Source of the DNA: a virus
Length of the DNA: 64,000 nt
IMG/VR virus record: IMGVR_UViG_3300046744_000223
Location: 108,941 to 172,940 of that record
Reading direction: 5' to 3' (one strand)
The notes beneath the pieces were generated by a model. It was not told where the DNA came from. It was given only the letters and a program-made list of their open reading frames with translations, and made no database searches. Of the stretch, positions 29,765 to 38,698 are shown one piece after another. A program made the translations under genes and the position numbers. The stretch's first letter is position 1, and each line of letters begins with the position of its first letter.

Positions 29765-30559
29765 TTACCAAAAACTTACTTTATTTTCTGGCTCGAATGT
29801 TTCGTGTCTGACTACCTCTGATAGGAACTCACTTGCGTCTTTAGGATATGGGCTGACTTTGTGTTTGAGTTGTTTAGTCAACTTACGTTTCTCTGATTTG
29901 TTCTGACCCAATACTTGGATGTATCGGTGTTTAGCAGACTCCTTCTTTCTCCAAAACTCTTTTATGTTCTCCTTACCCATTTGAGTTTTTAGATGGTCTA
30001 AATTATGAGACCCCCAACGTGAGAATACAGTCCGTGAGTGTATCCACTTATGTGGGTTATCTTGGATTGATATAGAATAGTTTGGCATCAGTTGAATATC
30101 ACGACAATCTTGGTATAACCAATTTGTTGCTTGGTAGATACCACCTAAATGTAATTGTTCGGGGTCAGCGTAACTGAGTAACATCTTGATATTAGGAGCA
30201 TTCTCCTTAATCCATTGGAATGATTGACCCATAGCGTATGACTCGATATTAGACCCATACCCATCGTGTATAAACAATCGTGTCAACTCCAAACATTGGT
30301 CTTTCTCTAACCCATCAATAACTGACTTGATTGCTGACCTACCTACTGGATACCCATATACTAAACATCCAATTAGTTGTTCTGAATTACCTAATACGTC
30401 TTTCTTATTAGTTTCATAGAATATCCCAAGAGCGTATCTACACATCGTCCAAGCATGAGAATAGTGGTAAGTAACAATCATCTCTTTTGCGGTTGCCTTA
30501 CCAATCTCACGAATTGTAACACGTGACGTGTCTACGTATATTTTATTTGCTTCTTTCAA
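29765..30559 (-). CDS. Mom-like (GNAT-fold) DNA modification protein
   Basis: YHYSH, LELTRLF, IES, LSYADPEQLHLGGIYQATNWLY, KHRY. Confidence 0.8.
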   Translation of the reverse strand: MKEANKIYVDTSRVTIREIGKATAKEMIVTYHYSHAWTMCRYALGIFYETNKKDVLGNSEQLIGCLVYGYPVGRSAIKSVIDGLEKDQCLELTRLFIHDGYGSNIESYAMGQSFQWIKENAPNIKMLLSYADPEQLHLGGIYQATNWLYQDCRDIQLMPNYSISIQDNPHKWIHSRTVFSRWGSHNLDHLKTQMGKENIKEFWRKKESAKHRYIQVLGQNKSEKRKLTKQLKHKVSPYPKDASEFLSEVVRHETFEPENKVSFW

Positions 30560-31304
30560 TTGGGTCTAATTTGTATATCTCTTCTTTAAATTCCTCATTT
30601 TCCGTTGGATATGGTAATGATGGGTATTTCAATGACTTCAATATACGACTTTTTTTTGACTTATCCAAAATGTAAACGTATCTATGTTTCCTCAACTCCT
30701 TTTTAATCCAAAATGGCGTTGATGTCATTTCTTGTATTTTGGTAGGGTTGTTAGTACCAAACTTTACGAACGATGTACGTGAATGAGTCCATTCACCACC
30801 ATCTTCCCATCTAAATAACCACGAATCGTTTGGTCTGATACGATTACCTTGATAAATCCAATTTGTAGACATATAAATTGTTCCCTTATGGCCTACTTTA
30901 GGGTCGGAGTATGAGATAAGTGCTTTAATATGGGGAGTATTTTTGCGTAACCACTTGAAGGTCTGACCTACAAACCAACTTTCTATATTACACCCATATC
31001 CATCAAATACAAATAATCTGGTAAGTTCAAATACCTCAGTTCGGTCAATATGTTCAGAAATAGAAGCGCCAGAATGCCTACCTATGGGGTCGCCATACGT
31101 AGCCACTCCGACTAACTTCTCATTTACACCACTAAAAAACTGATGTTCTTCATCGGATTCATAAAACAAACCCAATGCATAAGATACTTTTGTCCAAATT
31201 CCAGCATAATGGTGATTTACCACTATGTCTTTTGCAACTGATTTTGAAATCGGTCTTACTGAAAATTTAGATGGATTAAAATATATCTTACCTTCTACTT
31301 TCAT
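30543..31304 (-). CDS. Second Mom-like DNA modification protein (tandem paralog)
   Basis: HHYA, FELTRLF, IES, ISYSDPKVGHKGTIYMSTNWIYQG, KHRY. Confidence 0.8.
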   Translation of the reverse strand: MKVEGKIYFNPSKFSVRPISKSVAKDIVVNHHYAGIWTKVSYALGLFYESDEEHQFFSGVNEKLVGVATYGDPIGRHSGASISEHIDRTEVFELTRLFVFDGYGCNIESWFVGQTFKWLRKNTPHIKALISYSDPKVGHKGTIYMSTNWIYQGNRIRPNDSWLFRWEDGGEWTHSRTSFVKFGTNNPTKIQEMTSTPFWIKKELRKHRYVYILDKSKKSRILKSLKYPSLPYPTENEEFKEEIYKLDPIERSK

Positions 31305-31504
31305 TGATAATCATTAAATTCTCCAAAAAGAATATGTGTCCAAGTTTCTCCCCTTACTATTCTACGAATGTTAGCGGGTGATACACCATTGTTTCGTGCT
31401 AAAACTCTTGTATTTCTATGACCAACAGCCCACAACTGGCGAATAGACTTTACTTGGTCCTCCGTAAGTTTATGTTGTGGATGTGATTCACCTCGTAGTG
31501 CCAT
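31301..31504 (-). CDS. Stand-alone HTH resembling the C-terminal domain of HNH homing endonucleases
   Basis: RGESHPQHKLTEDQVKSIR..LARNNGVSPANIRRIVRGETWTHI. Confidence 0.65.
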   Translation of the reverse strand: MALRGESHPQHKLTEDQVKSIRQLWAVGHRNTRVLARNNGVSPANIRRIVRGETWTHILFGEFNDYQ

Positions 31505-31505
31505 C

Positions 31506-31925
31506 TTAAACTTTCTCATTAAAAGGAAGTTCAATTTGAGTAGTATCGGCTAAGAATTGAGATAGATTTGGTTTTGAAAAATTAGGCCCTTTTAATACTT
31601 TACCATCCTCACGATAAATAGGTTTACCATCCTCACCTAACTTTGACATATTAGAGCGATGGACCTCATCAAAGACATCCTCGATGATATCACCCATACC
31701 ATGAGCAACCATAGTACCTAATAAGATATATAGTTGGTCAGCAAGTGCATCTGTAACTTCCACAATGTCATCGTTATTACAAGCCTCTAAATACTCCACC
31801 AACTCTTCTTTACCCAAACGATACCTTAAATAGTAATCATCTGGCTCAATTAATGTAGGTGTTGTATTCCGTGTTTGGTCATATATACTTTGGAAGTCCC
31901 AAAGTTGTTGTAACTGCTTTTTCAT
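31506..31925 (-). CDS. MazG-like nucleotide pyrophosphohydrolase
   Basis: KEELVEY, DALADQLYI, EVHRSNMSK, REDGKVLKGPNF. Confidence 0.88.
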   Translation of the reverse strand: MKKQLQQLWDFQSIYDQTRNTTPTLIEPDDYYLRYRLGKEELVEYLEACNNDDIVEVTDALADQLYILLGTMVAHGMGDIIEDVFDEVHRSNMSKLGEDGKPIYREDGKVLKGPNFSKPNLSQFLADTTQIELPFNEKV

Positions 31926-31929
31926 ATTA

Positions 31930-31961
31930 CTAATATACAAAAATTATTTTATTTTTCCAAA
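31930..31961 (-). promoter_or_regulatory. Bacteroidota-type promoter for the MazG/HTH/Mom operon
   Basis: TTTG-N20-TATATTAG, 4 nt before the ATG at 31925. Confidence 0.75.
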
Positions 31962-32527
31962 ATTATTTCACCATTTTCTACACCACTTGGCGCAGATGCC
32001 CATAGGTTTATTGCGATTGCGCTACGATTACCCTTTGTAACTTCAGTAACCCTATGTTTGTATTGGCCGGCTGGAAATATGACTAACCTATTATGTTTAG
32101 CTTTAATACGTTCCGGTTCGTTATCGTCACCACCACTAAATATTTCCAAATACCCACCTTCAATATCCATTGGGACTGGATAGTAAACTGTACCAATAAT
32201 TGGTGTTACTAATTTACCTTCAGTATTCCATAGATTCTCGTCTTTGTCAAAATGCATATTTAGTTCATGCAGTTTATCATCGTCAGCCGAGTATTGGCCT
32301 GTCCAATACTCAAAACCTTCCAATTGGATTGAATTATATCTTGGAAAATCCCATGGTGAGTTTTTAATCCAAAGTTCTTCTATCAACCTTTGTTTAAGAG
32401 TTGATGCCTTGGAATTCCAAGGACCACCCCACCACATATATTGACCATTATTCTCAAAAAACTGAGTGTCTTCTTGGAGTTCCTTTAAAAGGGACTCGTC
32501 TTTGATAAAGTCATCAACGATTATCAT
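31949..32527 (-). CDS. 2OG-Fe(II) oxygenase
   Basis: HFD, GGYLEI, NRLVIF, HRVTEVTKGNR. Confidence 0.8.
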   Translation of the reverse strand: MIIVDDFIKDESLLKELQEDTQFFENNGQYMWWGGPWNSKASTLKQRLIEELWIKNSPWDFPRYNSIQLEGFEYWTGQYSADDDKLHELNMHFDKDENLWNTEGKLVTPIIGTVYYPVPMDIEGGYLEIFSGGDDNEPERIKAKHNRLVIFPAGQYKHRVTEVTKGNRSAIAINLWASAPSGVENGEIILEK

Positions 32528-32760
32528 ACGCTTAAATATTCTGCTTTTTGTTTTACACCAATCATTCGTTTGACTTCTTGACCATTCTCCAATAGAACAA
32601 CTGTTGGAATACTACGAACGTTGTATTGTTGAGCAGTAGCTGAATCTTCATCAATGTTTACTTTTTGTACTGGGATTGTGTTACTAACCTCTGACATAAT
32701 TGGTCCTAGCATTCTACACGGACCACACCAAGGTGCTGAGAAATAAAGATATTGTTTCAT
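32524..32760 (-). CDS. trxA: Thioredoxin
   Basis: WCGPC and SIPT motifs. Confidence 0.93.
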   Translation of the reverse strand: MKQYLYFSAPWCGPCRMLGPIMSEVSNTIPVQKVNIDEDSATAQQYNVRSIPTVVLLENGQEVKRMIGVKQKAEYLSV

Positions 32761-32793
32761 ATTAACTTTTTTTAATTTACATTCACTTTTAAT

Positions 32794-32875
32794 GGTGAGG
32801 GGGGTAGCGAACTCCCCCCACCGATTTCCGAGAACTATCTCGGTCCTAAGATGTGGTCTTCAAACCACACTTCGG
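32794..32875 (-). other. Structured intergenic element (three-way junction plus GC-rich UUCG hairpin)
   Basis: Stems CCGA/UCGG, UGUGGU/ACCACA and CCGAGA/UCUCGG, then GGUGGGGGGAG-UUCG-CUACCCCCCUCACC, in an AT-rich background. Confidence 0.5.
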
Positions 32876-34660
32876 TTACCCATCACATGAGACACAATCG
32901 GGGTCAGTAGCTCTCATAGCGATATCACCGCGGAGTACTGATTCAGTTCTCATATAATATAGGGTTTTGATTCCTTCCTTCCAAGCTTCCATATGGACTT
33001 GATTAATCCACTTAGGACTTGCTTGAGATGGAAATGCAAGATTTAGGGAAACTGCTTGGTCGACATATTGTTGTCTGATACCTGCTTGTTTTACTAATTC
33101 CAACTGATTGATTTCTTTGAATGTTTTAAATACATCTTTCATCCAATCAACTTGCTTATTGTCGATATCAATTTGCTCGATACTTTCTTTATGTGTGAGT
33201 TTACCATTAACGTATCCCCAATTGTCCAACTCATTCAAGTCTTGGACTGAACCACCATCTTCGAGGATTTTACCCCAAGTATCTTTGTTGTTGATACCAA
33301 CTTTACGTAGCGCTCTCTCCAACTCTTGATTCTTACGAATAAATGTACCCTTTGCGGTTTGTTCAGTAAATACGTTTGCAGCCCATGGTTCTATACCGGC
33401 CGAAACGTTACCACTTAACTTAGAGTTAGATACCGTTGGAGCGATAGCTCTCAAGTGAGTATTTCTCAACCCACTACCAACACACCATAAAGGTTCTCCG
33501 TACTCATTAGCCAAATCTCTCGATGCTCTCTCAGACTCAATTTTGATTTGAGAGAATATCTTACGAGTTTCGAATTGAGCAGGTAGTCCTTCGAATGACA
33601 TACCCTTTTGTTGTAAGTATGTGTGCCATCCAAGAACACCAAGTCCTAAAGCACGTCCCTTTTCAGCTGAACGTACTGAGTTCTCAAAACCTCTCATATT
33701 CTTAGCTCTCTGAATGAACTCTTCGAGTACACCATCCAAGAACCATGTTGCTGTATAGATTAAATCGGTGTGTTTCCACTCATCGTACTTAGATAAGTTC
33801 AATGATGATAAACAACATACAAAGGAGTGTGACTCATCGGTATGTAATGTAATTTCAGAACATATGTTAGTCATATGAACCTTCAACCCATTGTTTTTGT
33901 ACATCTCAGGATTTTGTTTGTTAACATTACCCTTATACATTATATATGGCTGACCAGTTGCCTTACGTTTCTGAAGTACCTTACCCCATTTACTACGTGC
34001 TTCGGGATTACCATCTTCTAACTTTCTCATAAACTTATCACCAACGATTACACATTGATTTAAGTTCAAACATTGACGATTTACATCACCCTTTGGTTCA
34101 CGAATTTCAATCCACTCATCAAAGTCATCGTGTTCAATGTTTAGATTCACCGATGCAGCACCTCTACGTACAGCTCCTTGGTTTGTTGCAAGGATTGTAG
34201 AGTCGTAAATCTTAGCGAATGGTACTACACCATCAGATGTTCCGTTTTGAGTGATTTTAGCACCTGCTGGTCTAATCATATTGATACCAACACCTACACC
34301 ACCACCATGTTTAGCAAGTAACATCAATTCAAGGTTCTTTGACCCAATCTCTTGGATAGAGTCACCTACATCAATACCAAAACAACTGATTGGTAATCCT
34401 CTATCAGTTCCGGTGTTCGATAATACAGGTGATGCTAGATTTAACCAACCCTTCCATATGTAATCAAAAAACTTTGACGCCATTTGTGGTTTGTCAAGTC
34501 TACGTGCTACTGCCGTAGCAACTCTCCAATAAGCATCTTTTGGCTTTTCACCTGATAGTAGATACCCTTTGGATATAGTCTTAACATATATTTCAGTATT
34601 TGCCCATGTTGGGAAGTCTACTCCAAGCTCCCAACCTAATTCTTCTCCGTAATTCTTCAT
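32876..34660 (-). CDS. nrdA: Class I ribonucleotide reductase alpha subunit (no ATP cone)
   Basis: SPVLSN, ISCF, GGGVG, TNICSEI, AIAPT, TLYY, C-terminal CVSCDG. Confidence 0.96.
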   Translation of the reverse strand: MKNYGEELGWELGVDFPTWANTEIYVKTISKGYLLSGEKPKDAYWRVATAVARRLDKPQMASKFFDYIWKGWLNLASPVLSNTGTDRGLPISCFGIDVGDSIQEIGSKNLELMLLAKHGGGVGVGINMIRPAGAKITQNGTSDGVVPFAKIYDSTILATNQGAVRRGAASVNLNIEHDDFDEWIEIREPKGDVNRQCLNLNQCVIVGDKFMRKLEDGNPEARSKWGKVLQKRKATGQPYIMYKGNVNKQNPEMYKNNGLKVHMTNICSEITLHTDESHSFVCCLSSLNLSKYDEWKHTDLIYTATWFLDGVLEEFIQRAKNMRGFENSVRSAEKGRALGLGVLGWHTYLQQKGMSFEGLPAQFETRKIFSQIKIESERASRDLANEYGEPLWCVGSGLRNTHLRAIAPTVSNSKLSGNVSAGIEPWAANVFTEQTAKGTFIRKNQELERALRKVGINNKDTWGKILEDGGSVQDLNELDNWGYVNGKLTHKESIEQIDIDNKQVDWMKDVFKTFKEINQLELVKQAGIRQQYVDQAVSLNLAFPSQASPKWINQVHMEAWKEGIKTLYYMRTESVLRGDIAMRATDPDCVSCDG

Positions 34661-34666
34661 AACTTA

Positions 34667-35659
34667 TTAAAATATATCGTCCCAATCTTCACCTTCATTT
34701 GCCTTACTATAATCAGTAGGTCTCAAAGCGAAGAAGTCCGTATGTGTATGTCCACCAGTTAAGTGATAGAACCATTCTAATTGTGCTGCTGAGTCTTCAT
34801 CGTATGTAAACGTTGATTCGTAACCCAACTCATTTAATTTTTCATTTAATCTTTGATTGATAAAGTTCTTTAGGTCTTCTTTTTTAAGATTCTCTAAATC
34901 ACCCATCTCAAACATCTTATCAATGTATTTGTGTTCCAATACTTGAATCAACTTTGCAGCCTCTTCGATTGAATCCTTACAATCATCTAATAGTTCAGGA
35001 TATTCATTACACATATGTTTGAATAACTGACACCCCATTCTTGAGTGTAGTGACTCATCACGTACTGACCACTTCATTTGTTGACCAATACCCTTCAACT
35101 TGTTTCTCATTTGGAATGAGTACAATACTGCAAATGATGAGTAAAGTGCAACCCCTTCGGTAAATGCTGAGAATATAGCGAGTGACCTTGCTACCTCTTT
35201 ACGAGCTTCTGAATTATTCTTCAAATCTTCGGAAGTGTAATTGTTTGTAACTTCAGCCAAGTTCTCAAAACGTTCAGCAGTAGCAGGTTCGTGTAAGAAT
35301 GCCTCAAAGTCTTCCAATCCAAGTGACTCATTCAAATATGAATATGCAGTTGCATGAATGGTCTCTTGTGAACCGAACATCATAGCCATTTGCTTAATCT
35401 CATGCTTTGGAAACCAATTAGTGACCATAGTAGTCCAATAATCAGATACAGCACATTCCGTTTGTGCAAATCCAAGTAGGATATTACCCACTAAGTTCTT
35501 TTCTTCGGCGGTTAGATTTTCATTCCAATCCTTAATATCACCTTGCATTGGTATTTCGGTATGTAACCAAAAAGCTTGTGCTTGTTTCAACCAACCTTCG
35601 GTGTAATATTCTGGATATTCAAATGGTTTGAATGGTACTCGATTATCAAATAGACCCAT
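34667..35659 (-). CDS. nrdB: Class I ribonucleotide reductase beta subunit
   Basis: ETIHATAY, EGVALYSSF, RDESLH, HTDFF. Confidence 0.96.
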   Translation of the reverse strand: MGLFDNRVPFKPFEYPEYYTEGWLKQAQAFWLHTEIPMQGDIKDWNENLTAEEKNLVGNILLGFAQTECAVSDYWTTMVTNWFPKHEIKQMAMMFGSQETIHATAYSYLNESLGLEDFEAFLHEPATAERFENLAEVTNNYTSEDLKNNSEARKEVARSLAIFSAFTEGVALYSSFAVLYSFQMRNKLKGIGQQMKWSVRDESLHSRMGCQLFKHMCNEYPELLDDCKDSIEEAAKLIQVLEHKYIDKMFEMGDLENLKKEDLKNFINQRLNEKLNELGYESTFTYDEDSAAQLEWFYHLTGGHTHTDFFALRPTDYSKANEGEDWDDIF

Positions 35660-35717
35660 AGGGATTCCTTGTTAAATTGTTAGACATTATGTTAATTGGG
35701 GTGGTAATATATAGTCT

Positions 35718-37076
35718 CTAAAAACCGATATCACCACTCATTTCTTTATATTTTTGTGCCAATTCTTTTCTTACTAAACTCTCCCCTTGTTTCATATCTT
35801 TTTGAGTTTGTCTACCATTTATAGAATCCTCATTATATATGTGAATTTGGCCAGTTGAGAAGTTTGCTTTGGATGGGAATGTCATACCATCAGGTCCAAA
35901 TCTATTCTTAATTACGTGCCATCTACCAGTTCCAGCGAGTTTATCTTCAATCTTACGAGATAATGATACCACAAAATCAGCAGTCATCATCTTGGAGAAT
36001 GACCCAGCAATCTTAGTACCTGTAATGATGTCATCTTCTGCACCACTTCTATTAATCTGAGATGCTGTAAAGACTGGAACTTCATACTCACCTGCCAAAC
36101 CTCGTAGGTCTTCAATAATTTCTTCCAACTCCTCGTGTCTTTTTTCTTTTTGTGGCCCTCTTAAAAGGTCAGCGTAATCCACGATAACCAAATCCGGCTT
36201 CTTACCTTGTAAGGTCATCTTATCCATATGTGCTTTTAACGAAGTTACACCAGCTGTTTTAGTTGGATAGTGTTTGATTACCAAGTCACCTTTTACATTT
36301 TCAACTGCCTTTTGGACATCCTCCATATTATACTTTAGGTTAGCAACTGCTACACCACTCAAAACAGCATCATATCGCTGACCCGTATATCCTTCATTTA
36401 ATTCCAACGTATAATGAGCTACTGTTTTACCGGCTTTCATAGCATTGACACCAATATTAACTAATGCCCAAGACTTACCAATTCCAGGAGGAGCTGCGAA
36501 TAAAATTAACTCACCTTTACCAAATCCACCTTGAGTTATTTCGTCAACGACATCCCATCCAGTCGAAACTACATTACGGACTGTATCTTCGTATCTATCC
36601 GTAATCATTATTTTATAGTCGTGTCCAATATCCGAATCCTGACCGGCTTTCATAGCAGTATCAATGTTCTTCTTTATGGTCTCGTATCTTCCATCCTCTA
36701 ATAGTGTTACCGAATCTAATATTGCATTCTTAATGGATTGGTTCTTACAAAAGTCTAAAACTTGGTCTTTAACATACGAAAGGTCATCACTATCTAAGTG
36801 ATTCCATGCATACTTTAAGGTGTCTACTACTGATGTTTTTAAAACATCTCGTTCAATGGAATTGACTTTAACTTTTAAGACATCTAATGTTGGCATGGTC
36901 TCATACTCATCAAAGTGCTTCATGATGTTGGTTACCAACCATTCAGATGCTTCAGAGTCAAAGTATTCCGGCTTTAGTATATCGTAGATTTGACGTGTAA
37001 ACGGCCTATCGGATATTATAGCAGATATTACCTTATTTTGAAATGATGTACTAAATTTACTTCCTAACTTCTCCAT
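35718..37076 (-). CDS. DnaB-like replicative helicase (T4 gp41-like)
   Basis: APPGIGKS, TLE, VDYADL, TASQINR, KNRFG. Confidence 0.93.
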   Translation of the reverse strand: MEKLGSKFSTSFQNKVISAIISDRPFTRQIYDILKPEYFDSEASEWLVTNIMKHFDEYETMPTLDVLKVKVNSIERDVLKTSVVDTLKYAWNHLDSDDLSYVKDQVLDFCKNQSIKNAILDSVTLLEDGRYETIKKNIDTAMKAGQDSDIGHDYKIMITDRYEDTVRNVVSTGWDVVDEITQGGFGKGELILFAAPPGIGKSWALVNIGVNAMKAGKTVAHYTLELNEGYTGQRYDAVLSGVAVANLKYNMEDVQKAVENVKGDLVIKHYPTKTAGVTSLKAHMDKMTLQGKKPDLVIVDYADLLRGPQKEKRHEELEEIIEDLRGLAGEYEVPVFTASQINRSGAEDDIITGTKIAGSFSKMMTADFVVSLSRKIEDKLAGTGRWHVIKNRFGPDGMTFPSKANFSTGQIHIYNEDSINGRQTQKDMKQGESLVRKELAQKYKEMSGDIGF

Positions 37077-37083
37077 ATAGTTA

Positions 37084-37115
37084 CTAATATACGACTTTAA
37101 TTTGAACTATCCAAA
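37084..37115 (-). promoter_or_regulatory. Bacteroidota-type promoter for the helicase gene
   Basis: TTTG-N20-TATATTAG. Confidence 0.75.
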
Positions 37116-37116
37116 C

Positions 37117-37665
37117 TTAATTTAGTAAAAGAGGGGCTTTATGTATGTAACCCTCTTCACGCCTCGTAATATGTTTTTGAAATGGATAGTGTATGGTATG
37201 CATATACAGCCCATCTACTTCTACAAGATTACTTAAATCCTGTGGATTACCATTGTTTTTAAAATTATTACTAAGTCTATAACAATCATGATACTCTTCA
37301 TAACCCCCATATTTTGAATACAAATGTACAGGCCATAATTTTCTTTGAAAATGAAAATCAACAAAAACTCTAAGTTCAAATGAAATTTTCATAACTGTTT
37401 CGGCAATTTCCTTAATTTTAACAGGATCATATTCTCCTATAATAGCAAGGTCAATATCCCAAGATACCCACTCTTCTAATAAACCACCAACTACATATAG
37501 CTGATATTCTGATATATATTTTGATTCCGATAAACTCCTATCTATTAATGTTTTAAATAGAGGGTGTTCGGGACCACCTATACCATACCAACCAACTTCT
37601 TTAAGGTTATGATACTCAATAGTACCTTCCCATACTTCAGTTCTTAAATCAGGATTCATTAACAT
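37117..37665 (-). CDS. Pol-beta-superfamily nucleotidyltransferase-like protein
   Basis: LYVVGG..SWDIDLAI, with a third acidic residue in FVDF. Confidence 0.55.
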   Translation of the reverse strand: MLMNPDLRTEVWEGTIEYHNLKEVGWYGIGGPEHPLFKTLIDRSLSESKYISEYQLYVVGGLLEEWVSWDIDLAIIGEYDPVKIKEIAETVMKISFELRVFVDFHFQRKLWPVHLYSKYGGYEEYHDCYRLSNNFKNNGNPQDLSNLVEVDGLYMHTIHYPFQKHITRREEGYIHKAPLLLN

Positions 37666-38698
37666 GGTTTTTTAAATAACCATCTAATAAAGTAAATGAA
37701 TTACGTAACCATGAATCTACGTTTGAAAATGCAGTATATAATTTGTCATACATAAACATCTTCTTAAATTCTGGCACATCCAAAGTTGCCTCTTGTTCAT
37801 CCATAATCTCTCTAACCTTAGATTTGATTGAAGATGAGATTTCAGGATCTTTAAGTTGCATTAGATTGTAATTCATTTCGAGAGTTGTTACATTCTCAAT
37901 CAACTTTTGTGATAGTTTATCATCACACTCAGTTTTGATTTTAGATATGAATGTGTCCATTTCAAGAACCTCATCATTTAGGAATGTCATCTTATTAAGA
38001 ATGGTTTTAGGACCAACACCACGGACACCCTCAATGTTATCAGATTTATCACCCTCAATCATACGATAAAATACAAGATTTTGTGGTTTAACACCATAAT
38101 CCTTCATTACAAGTTCTTCGTCATACATTTTCTTCTTAGTTGGAGCGTATACCTTGATTCGGTGATTTACCAATTGTAAAAAGTCTTTGTCTGATGAGAT
38201 GATTGTAACGTTTTTCTTAAAGTAGTGATTTGCGAGATATGCCATGATATCATCAGCTTCTACATAATCAATATAGGTAAGAGAGATAGGTAAGACTTGG
38301 AGATACTCAATCAATCGTGTGAATTGATTTCTCATTGACACTTGTTGGTCCTCCAAATCTTCGTATCCAGCCAATCTATTGATTTTAGTCAGACCAGTAC
38401 GACCTTCCTTATAACCCTTATACATTGACTTTCTACGATTAGACCCACCTTTACCATCAAACACGATAACGACACGTGTAGGTTTCAATCTTCGGATGGT
38501 TGCAGCGGTGGACAAGAGAAATCCTGTCACACCACCACAATGTTCTCCATCATCATTCAACGCAGGTACTGCCCCAAATACTCTGATAAATTGATTTAAT
38601 CCATCTATGATTAGAACGTTATCATTTAGACTTTCGTCTTTAACTTCACTATGTTCTTTACTCACCTCATTGAGGAGTTCTGCGTATCTACTATGCAT
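37649..38698 (-). CDS. 5'-3' exonuclease/flap endonuclease (T4 RNase H-like)
   Basis: IIDGLN, VFDG, YKEGR, EADD, SSDKDFLQL, GDKSDNIEGVRGVGPKT. Confidence 0.93.
   Translation of the reverse strand: MHSRYAELLNEVSKEHSEVKDESLNDNVLIIDGLNQFIRVFGAVPALNDDGEHCGGVTGFLLSTAATIRRLKPTRVVIVFDGKGGSNRRKSMYKGYKEGRTGLTKINRLAGYEDLEDQQVSMRNQFTRLIEYLQVLPISLTYIDYVEADDIMAYLANHYFKKNVTIISSDKDFLQLVNHRIKVYAPTKKKMYDEELVMKDYGVKPQNLVFYRMIEGDKSDNIEGVRGVGPKTILNKMTFLNDEVLEMDTFISKIKTECDDKLSQKLIENVTTLEMNYNLMQLKDPEISSSIKSKVREIMDEQEATLDVPEFKKMFMYDKLYTAFSNVDSWLRNSFTLLDGYLKNHVNES

Noticed and set aside
32821-32875. Canonical hammerhead ribozyme or tRNA
   Set aside because: The core lacks CUGANGA, a correctly placed GAAA and the UH cleavage triplet, and there is no cloverleaf or T-loop. 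Kept only as an unclassified structure.
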